Positions 19,093 through 29,532 are shown, numbered from the stretch's first letter. The stretch is 64,000 bases of DNA from Rubripirellula sp. (GCA_965216875.1 OZ244207.1:4256001-4320000), one strand, 5' to 3'. Notes: generated by a model from the sequence alone, not told the origin. Translations and numbers: made by a program.

Positions 19093-19246
19093 GGTTGCTT
19101 GCCCTTCGCGATCGCGAAGTGCGTTGCTCTCAACTCGTGGCGTTGCGATCCAACACAACGCTGTTGTCCCATGGCAATTCGTTGCCACTTCGAATCCTGG
19201 ACCAACGCGAACGCCACAGAATGATTGCGTGTTAAGGCAAGCAGCC
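19093..19246 (-). ncRNA. Candidate multi-branch structured RNA leader of the helicase gene
   Basis: Closing stem 19093-19103/19236-19246 enclosing at least five internal helices; strand assumed from position. Confidence 0.45.
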
Positions 19247-19632
19247 GTTCCACGGGTCAACGGGACCGATGGTAGGCAACAGAAGGCAATTTGATATGCC
19301 CGTCGAGAAGCTGGGTCCCTGCCCAGCGGAAGTCTCGCGATCGGAATACAGAGCCGGTGGAGGCCGGATGTCTCACGTTTTCCCGATCAATATCGTCGTG
19401 GCGACCGCAAAGGAGCGTCCGCCTATCAAGCAAAAACGTAGAGCGAGCGAGGGTTTATGGCAAGCCCTGGCCAGGATTTCCCAGGTTTTGGAATCATGGC
19501 TTGGAGGGAAGCTCATGAGCTGGGGCTTGTTGAGCCTGTTGAAGAAAGCCACCGAGGACACAGAGAGCACGGAGCGAGAATCCGAAGGGCTGGCGAGCGA
19601 TTCGTGCTCGTACTCAGCAAAGCCAGTGCCCG

Positions 19633-19677
19633 TGAGGCCGCGGGCCCTGAGGCCGCGGGCCCTGAGGCCGCGGGCCC
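19633..19677. repeat. 3 x 15-bp tandem repeat (TGAGGCCGCGGGCCC) within a repeat-rich intergenic region
   Basis: Exact units at 19633, 19648, 19663; further palindromes at about 19760-19865. Confidence 0.85.
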
Positions 19678-19889
19678 TTGCCGACCGGCAGCTAGTGGAG
19701 CTTCGTTAGTGCCCGTGAGGTGAAGTGTTGCCCAGGTTAACGCGTGTTCCAACAATCACCCTCCCGCTTGCGGGAGGGTCGGACGCGAAGTCCGGGGAGG
19801 GAATGCGGCCAAACAATACAAACCCACTCCGGGCCTGAGAGCCCAACTCTCCCAAGGGAGAGTGTTTTGTGGGTCAGCCTGGCACAGAA

Positions 19890-20516
19890 CTAGTCGCGAT
19901 AGACGGGTTGATAACCGTCGTAGTAAGGAGCGACGGGGTAGGGCGTTCCCGGGCCAGCCGGATAGGGACTGAACAGCGTCGGGTCGCTCGGGCGGCGGCG
20001 CGGCTGTTGTCGCTCGCGAAAGATCCCATCAGGGTTGATCGGATCGTATTGCGATCGCGGGAATCGGATGCCACTGCCATCACCATCGCTTGGCAACGGT
20101 GTTGGTCGCGGACGACCGCCATACCCGCCACCATGGCCACCATGTCCGTAACCACCGTAGGGGAACCCAAAGCCGAGGTTGAAGCCAGCGTAAGGTGCAC
20201 CCCAATTCGGGTAGGGCGTGCTGAACGGACGGTAGGGGAATCGCCATTCGCCGTACGGTCGCACTTGATCACCCCACTCTTCGACTCGGTGATAGTTGTC
20301 AGCCGATTGCCCGTAGTTGAGCGAACTGCGCGTGTGGGTGTAGCCGCTCGTTCGAAAGTTGGGAACGGTAGCAGCGACCGGACCTTGAATAGGCTGGTAC
20401 TGCGCCACGCGTTGGCCAGTCGCGTCGTGCGAATAGGTGCTGGGAAGCGTCAACCAATCGGCAGACGCGTTCCCAGCAAGAAAAATCGCGATCGAACAGA
20501 GCAGAGGGTATCTCAT
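19890..20516 (-). CDS. Secreted hypothetical protein, Gly/Tyr/Pro-rich
   Basis: Signal peptide MRYPLLCSIAIFLAGNASA; low-complexity PYG/GYG segments. Confidence 0.75.
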   Translation of the reverse strand: MRYPLLCSIAIFLAGNASADWLTLPSTYSHDATGQRVAQYQPIQGPVAATVPNFRTSGYTHTRSSLNYGQSADNYHRVEEWGDQVRPYGEWRFPYRPFSTPYPNWGAPYAGFNLGFGFPYGGYGHGGHGGGYGGRPRPTPLPSDGDGSGIRFPRSQYDPINPDGIFRERQQPRRRPSDPTLFSPYPAGPGTPYPVAPYYDGYQPVYRD

Positions 20517-20603
20517 GAACGCCAAAATAGTTCGCGTTCGATGCAGAGGTCGGACGAGCGGGGGTTGTTTCTGGCAAATCGGGGTGGGCGGCTTGCGCAA
20601 CCG

Positions 20604-21641
20604 CTACAGTCGACGTAGGCCATCCTCGGTCATCGGCGTCGGGATCTCAAAATCGATTTGATCGATACGATCCATCGTCTCTTGATCGAGAACGAGGTCG
20701 CGTGCAGCCAACGATTCATCAAGTTGCTCGATTGAGGTTGCCCCAATGATGGTCGACGCAACGAAGTCGTGCTGACGACTCCAGGCGACCGAAAGTGCAG
20801 TGACGGTGTGCCCAATCGAATCAGCGATCTCCGTCAATCGGCGCGTCGTCTCCAGAGTGCGGTCATTCACAAAACGCCGCGCCATCGCCTGTTGCCGATC
20901 ATTGCCCGTTTCGAGGTAGGCCGAGAAGCGCGCCCCCTCAGGATTGCCATCAAGATACTTGCCCGTCAGCACACCGCCACCAAGTGGCGAGTAGGGCAAC
21001 AGCGAGAGCTTTTCCTGGCGCAAACATTGGGCCAGTTCACTTTCGCAGCGACGATTGATCAAGCTGAAGTTGTTTTGGACCGTTTCATAGCGATCCACGC
21101 CATGACGATCGGCCGCCCACAGACTTTTCATCATGCCCCAAGTGGTCTCGTTGCTGGCACCAATGACCCGGACTTTGCCAGCATCACGAAGCTCCGTCAG
21201 CACACCCAACACCTCTTCATAGGGCATGTTGTGATCGGGCCAATGCGTTTGATAAAGGTCGATGTAGTCGGTCCCCAGACGCCTCAATGAGGCCTCGCAG
21301 GCATCGATGATCTGACGGCGGTCGAGCGCCGTTTTTCCGTGACGCACGGGCGGCTTGAACCAGCCATGGCCTGGGCCGGTGACCTTGGTCGCAACGATCA
21401 CCGCTTCGCGGGGCCGCGTCTTCAGCCAGCTCCCGAAAATCTCTTCGGTGACCCCAAAAGTTTCGGCATTGGGTGGGACGGGATACAATTCGGCGGCGTC
21501 AAAAAAGTCGATCCCTGCATCCCAGGCTCGGTCGCAAATGGCGTGACTGAGCGGAAGGTCACATTGACCGCCAAAGGTCATCGTGCCCATGCAGATATCC
21601 GAAACGACGACCCCACTACTGCCCAAACGTCGATGTTGCAT
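20604..21641 (-). CDS. Aldo/keto reductase (Tas-like)
   Basis: ICMGTMTFG, FFDAAELYPVPP, IDLYQTHWP, YSPLGGGVLTGKY. Confidence 0.93.
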   Translation of the reverse strand: MQHRRLGSSGVVVSDICMGTMTFGGQCDLPLSHAICDRAWDAGIDFFDAAELYPVPPNAETFGVTEEIFGSWLKTRPREAVIVATKVTGPGHGWFKPPVRHGKTALDRRQIIDACEASLRRLGTDYIDLYQTHWPDHNMPYEEVLGVLTELRDAGKVRVIGASNETTWGMMKSLWAADRHGVDRYETVQNNFSLINRRCESELAQCLRQEKLSLLPYSPLGGGVLTGKYLDGNPEGARFSAYLETGNDRQQAMARRFVNDRTLETTRRLTEIADSIGHTVTALSVAWSRQHDFVASTIIGATSIEQLDESLAARDLVLDQETMDRIDQIDFEIPTPMTEDGLRRL

Positions 21642-21861
21642 CACTAAGAAGTCCTTTCCAACGCCTGCGGTGTTAAACCGTGACGAATAAAACGGCAAAA
21701 AAACCGCCGAGACACGTCAAAAACCCGCCAATCCGATTCTGGTGAGATAATTTGACCCTCGGCTGCTAGAATACAGTTCCTACCACCAGGTTGCTTCCCC
21801 AGCAACCAACCACGCGATCTCGCCAGCCCCTCCTGAATGAAAAGCTGGCAGACGCATGAAT

Positions 21862-21877
21862 TGGCACCTTGGTTGCA
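21862..21877 (+). promoter_or_regulatory. Sigma-54 (-24/-12) promoter
   Basis: TGGCAC-CTTGG-TTGCA, exact TGGCAC-N5-TTGC match, 71 nt upstream of the ATG at 21949. Confidence 0.7.
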
Positions 21878-21948
21878 GCAACAGTTTGCGGCGGTGTGGT
21901 TGCTTGCCAGGAAACGCCTTCGACACCAAGACGAACGCAATAGAAAGT

Positions 21949-23139
21949 ATGGATCAGGACTCGCATGACATTTCGTTCTCGGTGCCATTTGTGCATCGTT
22001 TGCGAGTGACTACGGAAGTCGCCGGTGATGACTTTGCAACGCTGCTAGAGGTCCTCGAGTCAGGCGATGGTGGCGATGCCAAGGTGCTTGTGGTTGCCGA
22101 AAACCAAGTCGCCGATGCAGGCCCTCGCGTCAAAGCGATCACGCGACGGCTCGCATCAAGCGATGGCATCAAACTGGTTTCCGCCCCCTTCATGGTTGAC
22201 GGCGGCGAAACGATCAAGAACTCCAGCGACACCGTCAAGCAACTGCTCCGCGAGATCAACGATCACAACCTTGACCGTCGCAGTTACATCGTTGCCATCG
22301 GCGGCGGCGCGATGCTCGACGCCGTCGGCTACGCAGCCGCAATCGCTCACCGCGGCATCCGCTTGGTCCGGCTCCCCACCACCACACTCGCCCAAGGCGA
22401 CTCGGGCGTGGGCGTCAAAAACGCGATCAACTACTTCGACAAGAAAAACTGGATCGGTACCTTTGCCGTTCCGTGGGCTGTCATCAACGATGCAGGACTG
22501 CTGCAAACGCTGCCCGATCGCGATTTCCGCTCTGGCTTTTCTGAAGCGATCAAAGTGTCGCTGTTAAAAGACCGCAATGAATTCGATTGGCTGTGCGATC
22601 ACGCTGGTGAAATCCATGATCGCGAGATGGAAGCTTCGACGCGTGCGATTCATCACGCGTGCATGCTTCACTTGCGGCACATCACCGAAGGGGGCGACCC
22701 CTTTGAGATGCTCGAAGCGCGCCCGCTCGACTTCGGGCACTGGTCGGCGCACAAACTCGAGCCGTTGACCAAGTACGAAATTCGCCATGGTGAAGCGGTC
22801 GCGATCGGTGTGGCCATCGACTGCATTTACTCGTCGATGAAGTTTGGATTCCCCGAAGAAGATGCGATGCGAGTCTGCAACGCAACGCGAGACTTGGGGA
22901 TGTCGCTTTGGCACCCGATGCTCAATCCGATCGATCGATTGATGAAGGGGCTCGAAGAGTTTCGACAACACCTCGGTGGTCGACTGACCATCACGATGCT
23001 CCGCGCGGTCGGAGATCCAATCAATGTGCATGAGATTGATGACGCCGTGATGCGTAAAGCAATCCATCGCCTCGCCGACATCGCCGGCGTTTCGGCAACC
23101 AATGACCAAACTGTCGCCAGCAAGTCGTACTCGGCCTGA
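21949..23139 (+). CDS. 3-dehydroquinate synthase-like sugar-phosphate cyclase (EboD-like subfamily)
   Basis: GGETIKN, AIGGGAMLDAVG, PTTTLAQGDSGVGVKN, RPLDFGHWSAHKLE, HGEAVAIG. Confidence 0.88.
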   Translation: MDQDSHDISFSVPFVHRLRVTTEVAGDDFATLLEVLESGDGGDAKVLVVAENQVADAGPRVKAITRRLASSDGIKLVSAPFMVDGGETIKNSSDTVKQLLREINDHNLDRRSYIVAIGGGAMLDAVGYAAAIAHRGIRLVRLPTTTLAQGDSGVGVKNAINYFDKKNWIGTFAVPWAVINDAGLLQTLPDRDFRSGFSEAIKVSLLKDRNEFDWLCDHAGEIHDREMEASTRAIHHACMLHLRHITEGGDPFEMLEARPLDFGHWSAHKLEPLTKYEIRHGEAVAIGVAIDCIYSSMKFGFPEEDAMRVCNATRDLGMSLWHPMLNPIDRLMKGLEEFRQHLGGRLTITMLRAVGDPINVHEIDDAVMRKAIHRLADIAGVSATNDQTVASKSYSA

Positions 23140-23245
23140 CCTCACTTTTTGAGCCGCGATTCTCGCAAAAAGCAAAGCCCCGTACGTGAGCGGGGTAACA
23201 AGGTACGGACGGGAACGTCCGAAGAGTGCGAAACGAAGCCCACGC

Positions 23246-23509
23246 TCAGCTGTGGCGGCTTTTCCCGCCCCCGGAACGGCCGATGGAAAAGCCGTCCGAA
23301 TCGTCCACTTCTTCGTCGCTGATGACGGCATCATCGACCCATCGCGCGATCGTGATCGCTTCGCGAATCGAGCGTTTCATCCACGCTGATTCCTGGCCCT
23401 CTTCGACCCGCCCCGAAGAGATGTAGGCGGCATAGATTTCTGAAGAGGCGCGGACAATGACCGCTTCGCTCTTCTGCAACTTGAAATGGTTTTTCTTGTT
23501 CTTGGCCAT
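23246..23509 (-). CDS. Hypothetical protein (87 aa)
   Basis: ATG ORF with amphipathic helical character, co-directional with the dehydrogenase gene. Confidence 0.7.
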   Translation of the reverse strand: MAKNKKNHFKLQKSEAVIVRASSEIYAAYISSGRVEEGQESAWMKRSIREAITIARWVDDAVISDEEVDDSDGFSIGRSGGGKSRHS

Positions 23510-23640
23510 GGACCGACGCGACTGCGAGAGATGATAGAAGGAGGCCGCGAACCGGAGGTCCTGCAGCTGACAACATCATACTCAAAACGGTGCGCTGCCG
23601 CCCGTTCGGCGTCCCTACTCGCCCACTTTGCCCAACGAAT

Positions 23641-24744
23641 CTACTCGTCGGCGACGTTCACAAAGACCTTCAAGGCATCTTTGTCTTCGACCAACAGCCG
23701 CATCATTTCGGCGTAGTTATCGAGCCCGTCGACGGGATTGGTCAGGATCTTTTCGAGGACGCCCGGATACATCATGTCGCCGAGGGCAAGATCGCGAATG
23801 CCCGACTCGAAGTGGGTGCGGTTCGCATTCACACTTCCAAGCAGCAGCTTGTTGCCCAACACCCAGTGCAGGTTGATGTTGTCTGACGGAACTTCGATCG
23901 ACTTGTCGCCGCCCGTGATCCCCGTCCAAACGACCACTCCGTTGTGGCCGAGATGCTGCATCGCCTCGAAGGCCAGCGCGCTACTGCCCGTCGCGTCGAC
24001 GATCAGATCCGGCTTACCGGTCTGCGCGACCAAATCGGCCATCGATGTGTTGCGTGTGCTAACGTAGGTCGCTTCCAATCCGTCGACGATTTCCGATTTC
24101 AGGTTTGGGGCTTCGCCGCGTGCAACGGTATAGACTTCCAAACCACGCAACTTGAGCACCAACGTGGTCAGCAGGCCGATTTGGCCTGCCCCCAAGACGT
24201 AGGCAACCTTGGGCCGCCAAACCTTCATCCGCTGCTGAGCCTCATAGGCTTGCTGGACCGCCTTGGCCGCACAGCTCATCGGCTCCTGCAACACGTGCAA
24301 GTGCTTCAAGCCCTGGGGCACGCGAACGATGTATTCCTCTTCGTCGACGAAGTACTCGGTCAGATAACCGTGACGCAGGTTGATGCCGCGCTCGTAGTAC
24401 TCCTCTTCGCTGGTCATGTCGTTGGTGCCGATCAAGTCATAGATCGAACCACCAGGACGGCGGACCGTCGCCGTGACGTAGTCGCCTGGCTTGACCCGTT
24501 TGACGTTTTCGCCGACCGCTTCGACGATCCCAAACGACTCGTGCCCGATCACCAAATAGTCATCACCGGCTGGGGCGTTGCCATAAAGGGCGTCGTTAAT
24601 CTCGCGATCCGTCGCGTCGACCCCCACCTTCAGGACTTTGACGAGCACGCCCATTCCACCGGGAATATCGTCCAACGAGGGCTTGTTGATGTCTTCTAGA
24701 TGGACGCTGTTTGGAGTTCCGGGGGTGACCGCAACGGCTTTCAT
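23641..24744 (-). CDS. Glucose 1-dehydrogenase, zinc MDR family (archaeal-type)
   Basis: GVDATD, GHES, VRRP, YYERGI, GAGQIG, GSVNA. Confidence 0.85.
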   Translation of the reverse strand: MKAVAVTPGTPNSVHLEDINKPSLDDIPGGMGVLVKVLKVGVDATDREINDALYGNAPAGDDYLVIGHESFGIVEAVGENVKRVKPGDYVTATVRRPGGSIYDLIGTNDMTSEEEYYERGINLRHGYLTEYFVDEEEYIVRVPQGLKHLHVLQEPMSCAAKAVQQAYEAQQRMKVWRPKVAYVLGAGQIGLLTTLVLKLRGLEVYTVARGEAPNLKSEIVDGLEATYVSTRNTSMADLVAQTGKPDLIVDATGSSALAFEAMQHLGHNGVVVWTGITGGDKSIEVPSDNINLHWVLGNKLLLGSVNANRTHFESGIRDLALGDMMYPGVLEKILTNPVDGLDNYAEMMRLLVEDKDALKVFVNVADE

Positions 24745-24915
24745 CAGGGTTACTCGAAAGTCAAAAAAGTGGTGACTGTTTAGAAATTGAGAGCGAAATC
24801 GTAGCAGGCGAGCCGAGGCAGTGAGAGGGGAGACAACTGCCGAAAATGGCGTTCCGCGGGGCCGATCCTGGGTCTCTAAACGAAAATAATGGCGGCCAAC
24901 TTGCCCAAGAAGCTA

Positions 24916-24941
24916 TTTTTCACAACAGCGGTTGTCAAAAA
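24916..24941. promoter_or_regulatory. Palindromic operator upstream of the suf operon
   Basis: TTTTTCACAAC-AGCG-GTTGTCAAAAA, arms 10/11 complementary. Confidence 0.65.
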
Positions 24942-25035
24942 AACCAGCTTCCCTAGACTATCAACAGATGCCCAGGGGGATGTTTTTCCTCGGAAAACCG
25001 CCTGTTAGCCCATTTTTTAGCAATCAACGCCACTG

Positions 25036-25701
25036 ATGACTACGCCTGCACCAACCGAGCTGCGAAGCGTCGACCGCGAACTGCTGACCCACCTTCGACG
25101 TGGGGAATCAGCGGGCGTTGGGGAATTGACCGAGATGCTCGGCGTGACCGCGACGGCGGTGCGACAACGTGTCGACCGGTTGCTCGAGATGGGGCTGATC
25201 GAGCGAGAGAAAGTGGTCGCTGGCCGTGGCCGGCCGACTTACCGATACAAGTTGACCGTGCTGGGCCATCAACGGGCGGGAGCCAATCCTGCCGAACTCG
25301 CCGACGTGATGTGGCGAGAGATTTTGGAACTCGATGATTCCGAGACCCGCCAGCGATTGCTTTCTTCGATCGCAGCACGACTCGGAAAGCAATTCGCCGA
25401 CCAATGTGGTTGCGGTTGCAAAGGCGACTCGGTCCAGTCGCGTATGAAAAAGCTGGCCGAGGTGCTGACCGACCGACAGATCACCAGCGAAGTGATTGAG
25501 TCGAACAGTTTGCCGGTTCTTGACTTCGGAGCGTGTCCTTATCCAGGACTTAGCGAAGCGTCGGACGACCGCGCGATGTGCCGGCTCGAAGAAGAAATGA
25601 TCTCTGAAGCACTTGGCCAGCCCGTGCAACTGAGCAGCTGTCGACTCGACGGCGACTCCTGTTGCCAATTTTCAATGGTCGAGCAAAGCGAAACCAACTA
25701 A
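25036..25701 (+). CDS. SufR-like HTH metalloregulator
   Basis: LGVTATAVRQ...GRGRPTYRY; C-terminal CPY...C...C; heads the suf operon. Confidence 0.85.
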   Translation: MTTPAPTELRSVDRELLTHLRRGESAGVGELTEMLGVTATAVRQRVDRLLEMGLIEREKVVAGRGRPTYRYKLTVLGHQRAGANPAELADVMWREILELDDSETRQRLLSSIAARLGKQFADQCGCGCKGDSVQSRMKKLAEVLTDRQITSEVIESNSLPVLDFGACPYPGLSEASDDRAMCRLEEEMISEALGQPVQLSSCRLDGDSCCQFSMVEQSETN

Positions 25702-25750
25702 CACACCCAACACGACAACGTTTTCAATTCGGATCTCCGTTAAAGCAAAG

Positions 25751-26566
25751 ATGACACACGTACTGAAAATCGAAGGGCTTCACGTTTCTGTTGGCGACAA
25801 GCCAATCCTTCGTGGCGTCGACTTGACGATCAAGCATGGTGAAACTCACGCGTTGATGGGTCCAAACGGTAGCGGCAAGAGCACGCTCGGTTTGGCCATC
25901 ATGGGCCATCCCAATTACGAAGTGACCGGCGGCAGCATCACGCTGGACGGCCAAGACCTTTTGGAAATGGAACCCGACGAGCGAGCTCGCAGCGGTGTCT
26001 TCATGGCCTTCCAACGCCCGATGGCGATTCCCGGCGTGAAGATGGCTGACTTTTTGCGTCATGCAACGACCAACGTTCGCAATCCCGACCGCAAGGAAGG
26101 CGAAGAGTTGATTCCGATGCGCGAGTTCCGAAAAGAACTCAAGGACAAGATGAATCACCTGCGAATGGACATGGACTTCGCTCGCCGTTACGTCAACGAC
26201 GGTTTTTCGGGCGGCGAAATGAAGCGAGCCGAGATTTTGCAACTCGCGATGCTCCAGCCCAAGTTCGCTGTCCTCGACGAAACGGACTCGGGTCTCGACG
26301 CCGACGCCGTCCGCTTGGCAAGTGAATCGATCGCCGACATCGGCCATCAAAAGATGGGCCTTTTGATCATCACTCACCACGACAAACTGCTCGAGCACAA
26401 CCCACCGCAGTTCACTCACGTGATGCTTGGCGGCCGTTTGGTCGAAACAGGTGGTCGTGAACTGGCCGAAGAATTGCACGAACGTGGTTACGACCGCATT
26501 CGCCAGGCCTACCCCGATGCCGAAGCGGCCAACCAAGAGATGCTCTCTGAAGAAGCTGCCGTTTAA
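25751..26566 (+). CDS. sufC: Fe-S cluster assembly ATPase SufC
   Basis: MGPNGSGKST, FSGGEMKR, LDETDSGLD. Confidence 0.96.
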   Translation: MTHVLKIEGLHVSVGDKPILRGVDLTIKHGETHALMGPNGSGKSTLGLAIMGHPNYEVTGGSITLDGQDLLEMEPDERARSGVFMAFQRPMAIPGVKMADFLRHATTNVRNPDRKEGEELIPMREFRKELKDKMNHLRMDMDFARRYVNDGFSGGEMKRAEILQLAMLQPKFAVLDETDSGLDADAVRLASESIADIGHQKMGLLIITHHDKLLEHNPPQFTHVMLGGRLVETGGRELAEELHERGYDRIRQAYPDAEAANQEMLSEEAAV

Positions 26567-26655
26567 TTTTCATGATCACGCTTGGTTAGCCACCGAGGCG
26601 AACCGCCGAGCGTTTTAGCGAATCAACATTTTTTCCGTCACTGTTGCTTGCCACT

Positions 26656-28062
26656 ATGTCGACCGACGTCACCGAATCCGCCGAAATCGGCGAAATCAAC
26701 AAGTACAACTTCCGCACCGAAACCAAAGGTGTCTTCAAAGCTCGAAAGGGCATTGATGCCGAAATCGTGAACCAGATTTCGGACATCAAGGAAGAACCTG
26801 ATTGGATGCGTGAGTTTCGCTTGCACGCACTCGATGTCTTCAACTCAAAGCCAATGCCCAAGTGGGGCGGCGACATCGAGATCGATTTCCAGGACATCTT
26901 CTATTACCTCAAGCCGACCAACGAGCAGGGGAAGACCTGGGACGATGTTCCGCAGGAGATCAAAGACACCTTTGACAAGCTCGGCATTCCCGAAGCGGAA
27001 CGCAAGTTCCTTGCCGGAGTGAAAGCGCAATTCGAAAGTGAAGTGATCTACGGTTCGCTTGAAGAAGACCTCGCCAAGAAAGGCGTCATCTTTACCGACA
27101 CCGACACGGCGGTCCGCGAGCATCCCGAATTGCTCCGCGAGTACTTTGGCAAGATCATCCCGACCGAAGACAACAAGTTCTCGGCGCTCAACAGCGCCGT
27201 ATGGTCGGGTGGCTCGTTCATCTACGTGCCAAAGGGCGTCCACATCGACTTCCCGCTGCAAGCCTACTTCCGCATCAACGCCCAAAACATGGGTCAATTC
27301 GAGCGGACGTTGATCATCGTCGACGAAGGGGCCAGCGTGCACTACGTCGAAGGCTGCACCGCGCCGATGTACAGCACCGAAAGCTTGCACAGCGCCGTGG
27401 TCGAAGTTCTGGTCAAAGAAGGGGCTCGTTGCCGCTACACGACGATCCAAAACTGGGCCAACAACATCTACAACTTGGTCACCAAACGTGCTCACGCCTA
27501 TCGCGATGCGACGATGGAATGGGTCGACGGAAACCTGGGCAGCAAGTTGACGATGAAGTACCCAGCGGTCCACATGAAAGAACCTGGGGCTCGCGGTGAA
27601 ATCTTGTCGATCGCGTTTGCAAGTGCTGGCCAACATCAAGACGCCGGTGCAAAGTTGGTTCACGAAGCACCCAACACGACCGGACAGATCATCAGCAAGA
27701 GTATCAGCAAGAATGGCGGCCGCAGCAGCTATCGCGGGCTCGTTCGCGTTGATCCCGGTGCTCACAACAGCAAGAACAACGTTGTTTGCGACGCATTGAT
27801 CCTCGATCCCGAAAGCCGCAGCGACACTTACCCCTACATCGAAATCTCGGAACAAGACGTCCAGATCGGACACGAAGCGAGCGTTTCGCGTATCGGCGAA
27901 GAACAGATGTTCTATCTGCTAAGCCGCGGACTGACCGAACAGGAAGCGAGCACGATGATCGTCAATGGATTCATCGAACCGCTCGTCAAAGAGTTGCCGA
28001 TGGAATACGCGATCGAAATGAATCGCTTGATCCAACTACAAATGGAAGGCAGCGTCGGATAG
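26656..28062 (+). CDS. sufB: Fe-S cluster assembly protein SufB
   Basis: [32 protein letters not shown]. Confidence 0.97.
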   Translation: MSTDVTESAEIGEINKYNFRTETKGVFKARKGIDAEIVNQISDIKEEPDWMREFRLHALDVFNSKPMPKWGGDIEIDFQDIFYYLKPTNEQGKTWDDVPQEIKDTFDKLGIPEAERKFLAGVKAQFESEVIYGSLEEDLAKKGVIFTDTDTAVREHPELLREYFGKIIPTEDNKFSALNSAVWSGGSFIYVPKGVHIDFPLQAYFRINAQNMGQFERTLIIVDEGASVHYVEGCTAPMYSTESLHSAVVEVLVKEGARCRYTTIQNWANNIYNLVTKRAHAYRDATMEWVDGNLGSKLTMKYPAVHMKEPGARGEILSIAFASAGQHQDAGAKLVHEAPNTTGQIISKSISKNGGRSSYRGLVRVDPGAHNSKNNVVCDALILDPESRSDTYPYIEISEQDVQIGHEASVSRIGEEQMFYLLSRGLTEQEASTMIVNGFIEPLVKELPMEYAIEMNRLIQLQMEGSVG

Positions 28063-28194
28063 TTCTCGCCTTGGCGTTAGCTTTCCCGCTGTCACTTACC
28101 CACTCAAACTTTTTTCATGCATCGGCGAACCTGCTTTCGTCCGGTGCGAATGCGGCGTCCAAATCGAAATCGCCAATCCGAAAGAAACTGATTG

Positions 28195-29499
28195 ATGACT
28201 CAAACTGCAACCACCGCTTTTGACGCCGCCGGCCTCGACGCTTTCATGGCCGCTCGCAGCGAACCCGATTGGTTGATCAACCTCCGTCGTGAAGCGTTCC
28301 AACACGCCGACGCGATGGCCTGGCCTGATCGCCGTCACGAGGAATGGATTCGCACCGACGTCCGTGCTTTTCAACTCAGCAAATACAACGCCCCGGCTGT
28401 TTCGACCGATACCACCGAAACAGCACACCAGCTTCGCGCCGACGTCGACACTGCGGGCACGATCGAAACGATCGACAGTTGCCTGATCGGCGAAGAGCTT
28501 GACGCGAAGTACGCTGACAAAGGTGTCTTGTTCGGAAGCCTAGAACGATTCTGTAGCGAACAACCGGAACTTGTTCGCCAACACCTGTTCACCGCGTTCG
28601 ATTCCGACCATGACAAGTTCGCCGCTTTGCACGCAGCGTTTTGGTCGGGCGGACAATTCCTTTACGTCCCCCGCGGCGTGGTCATCGACCGTCCCATTCA
28701 CATCGGTTCGATGTTGACCGATGGCGGAAGCGACACGACCCACACGTTGATCGTGCTTGAAGAAGGCGCCGAAGCGACGGTCCTGCACGAATCCAACGGT
28801 GCGACAACCGCGGGTGCCGGTTTGCACTTGGGCGGCGTGGAACTGATCCAACGCCCTGGCTCGCACCTGCGATACGTGAACCTGCAAGAGTGGGGTCACA
28901 AGACCTACAACTTCGCTCAGCAAAAAGCGGTTGTTGATCGCGACGCGACACTCCAGTGGACGATCGCTGCGATGGGGTCGATGCTGACCAAGGTGAACCA
29001 ATCGGTCGATCTGGTTGGCGAAGGAGCCAACAGCCAAGTCAACGGCGTGATGTTCACCGAAGCTCGACAACACATCGCCTACCACACGCTTCAGCACCAC
29101 ATCGCTCCGAACTGCCACAGCGACTTCCTTTACAAGTCGGCCCAACAGGATCGAAGCCGCACCGTTTGGCGCGGGATGATCAAGGTCGACAAGGAAGCGC
29201 AAAAGACCGATGGCTACCAACGTAACGACAACTTGGTGCTTTCTAATTCGTCACGAGCCGATTCGATTCCCGGACTCGAAATCGAAGCCGATGACGTTCG
29301 CTGCACCCACGGCAGCACCACCGCCAAAGTTGATGAAGAGCTGATCTTCTACGCTCGCTGCCGCGGCTACACGCGTAAAGAAGCTGTACGGATGATCGTC
29401 AGTGGCTTCTTCCAACAAATTTTTGATCGCATCACGATCGACAGCGTCCGCGATGCACTTGGGGCGGCTATCGCCCGACAAGTCCGCGAGTACGAATAA
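28195..29499 (+). CDS. sufD: Fe-S cluster assembly protein SufD
   Basis: AQKTDGYQ, PGLEIEADDVRCTHG. Confidence 0.95.
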   Translation: MTQTATTAFDAAGLDAFMAARSEPDWLINLRREAFQHADAMAWPDRRHEEWIRTDVRAFQLSKYNAPAVSTDTTETAHQLRADVDTAGTIETIDSCLIGEELDAKYADKGVLFGSLERFCSEQPELVRQHLFTAFDSDHDKFAALHAAFWSGGQFLYVPRGVVIDRPIHIGSMLTDGGSDTTHTLIVLEEGAEATVLHESNGATTAGAGLHLGGVELIQRPGSHLRYVNLQEWGHKTYNFAQQKAVVDRDATLQWTIAAMGSMLTKVNQSVDLVGEGANSQVNGVMFTEARQHIAYHTLQHHIAPNCHSDFLYKSAQQDRSRTVWRGMIKVDKEAQKTDGYQRNDNLVLSNSSRADSIPGLEIEADDVRCTHGSTTAKVDEELIFYARCRGYTRKEAVRMIVSGFFQQIFDRITIDSVRDALGAAIARQVREYE

Positions 29500-29532
29500 C
29501 GAACACCCCTCTAGATTCCCTGGACAGATGCC

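Noticed and set aside
19269..19755. ORFs of 65-146 aa upstream of the helicase
   Set aside because: They run through tandem and REP repeats (PRALR/AAGPE translations) with no recognisable domain; probably non-coding.
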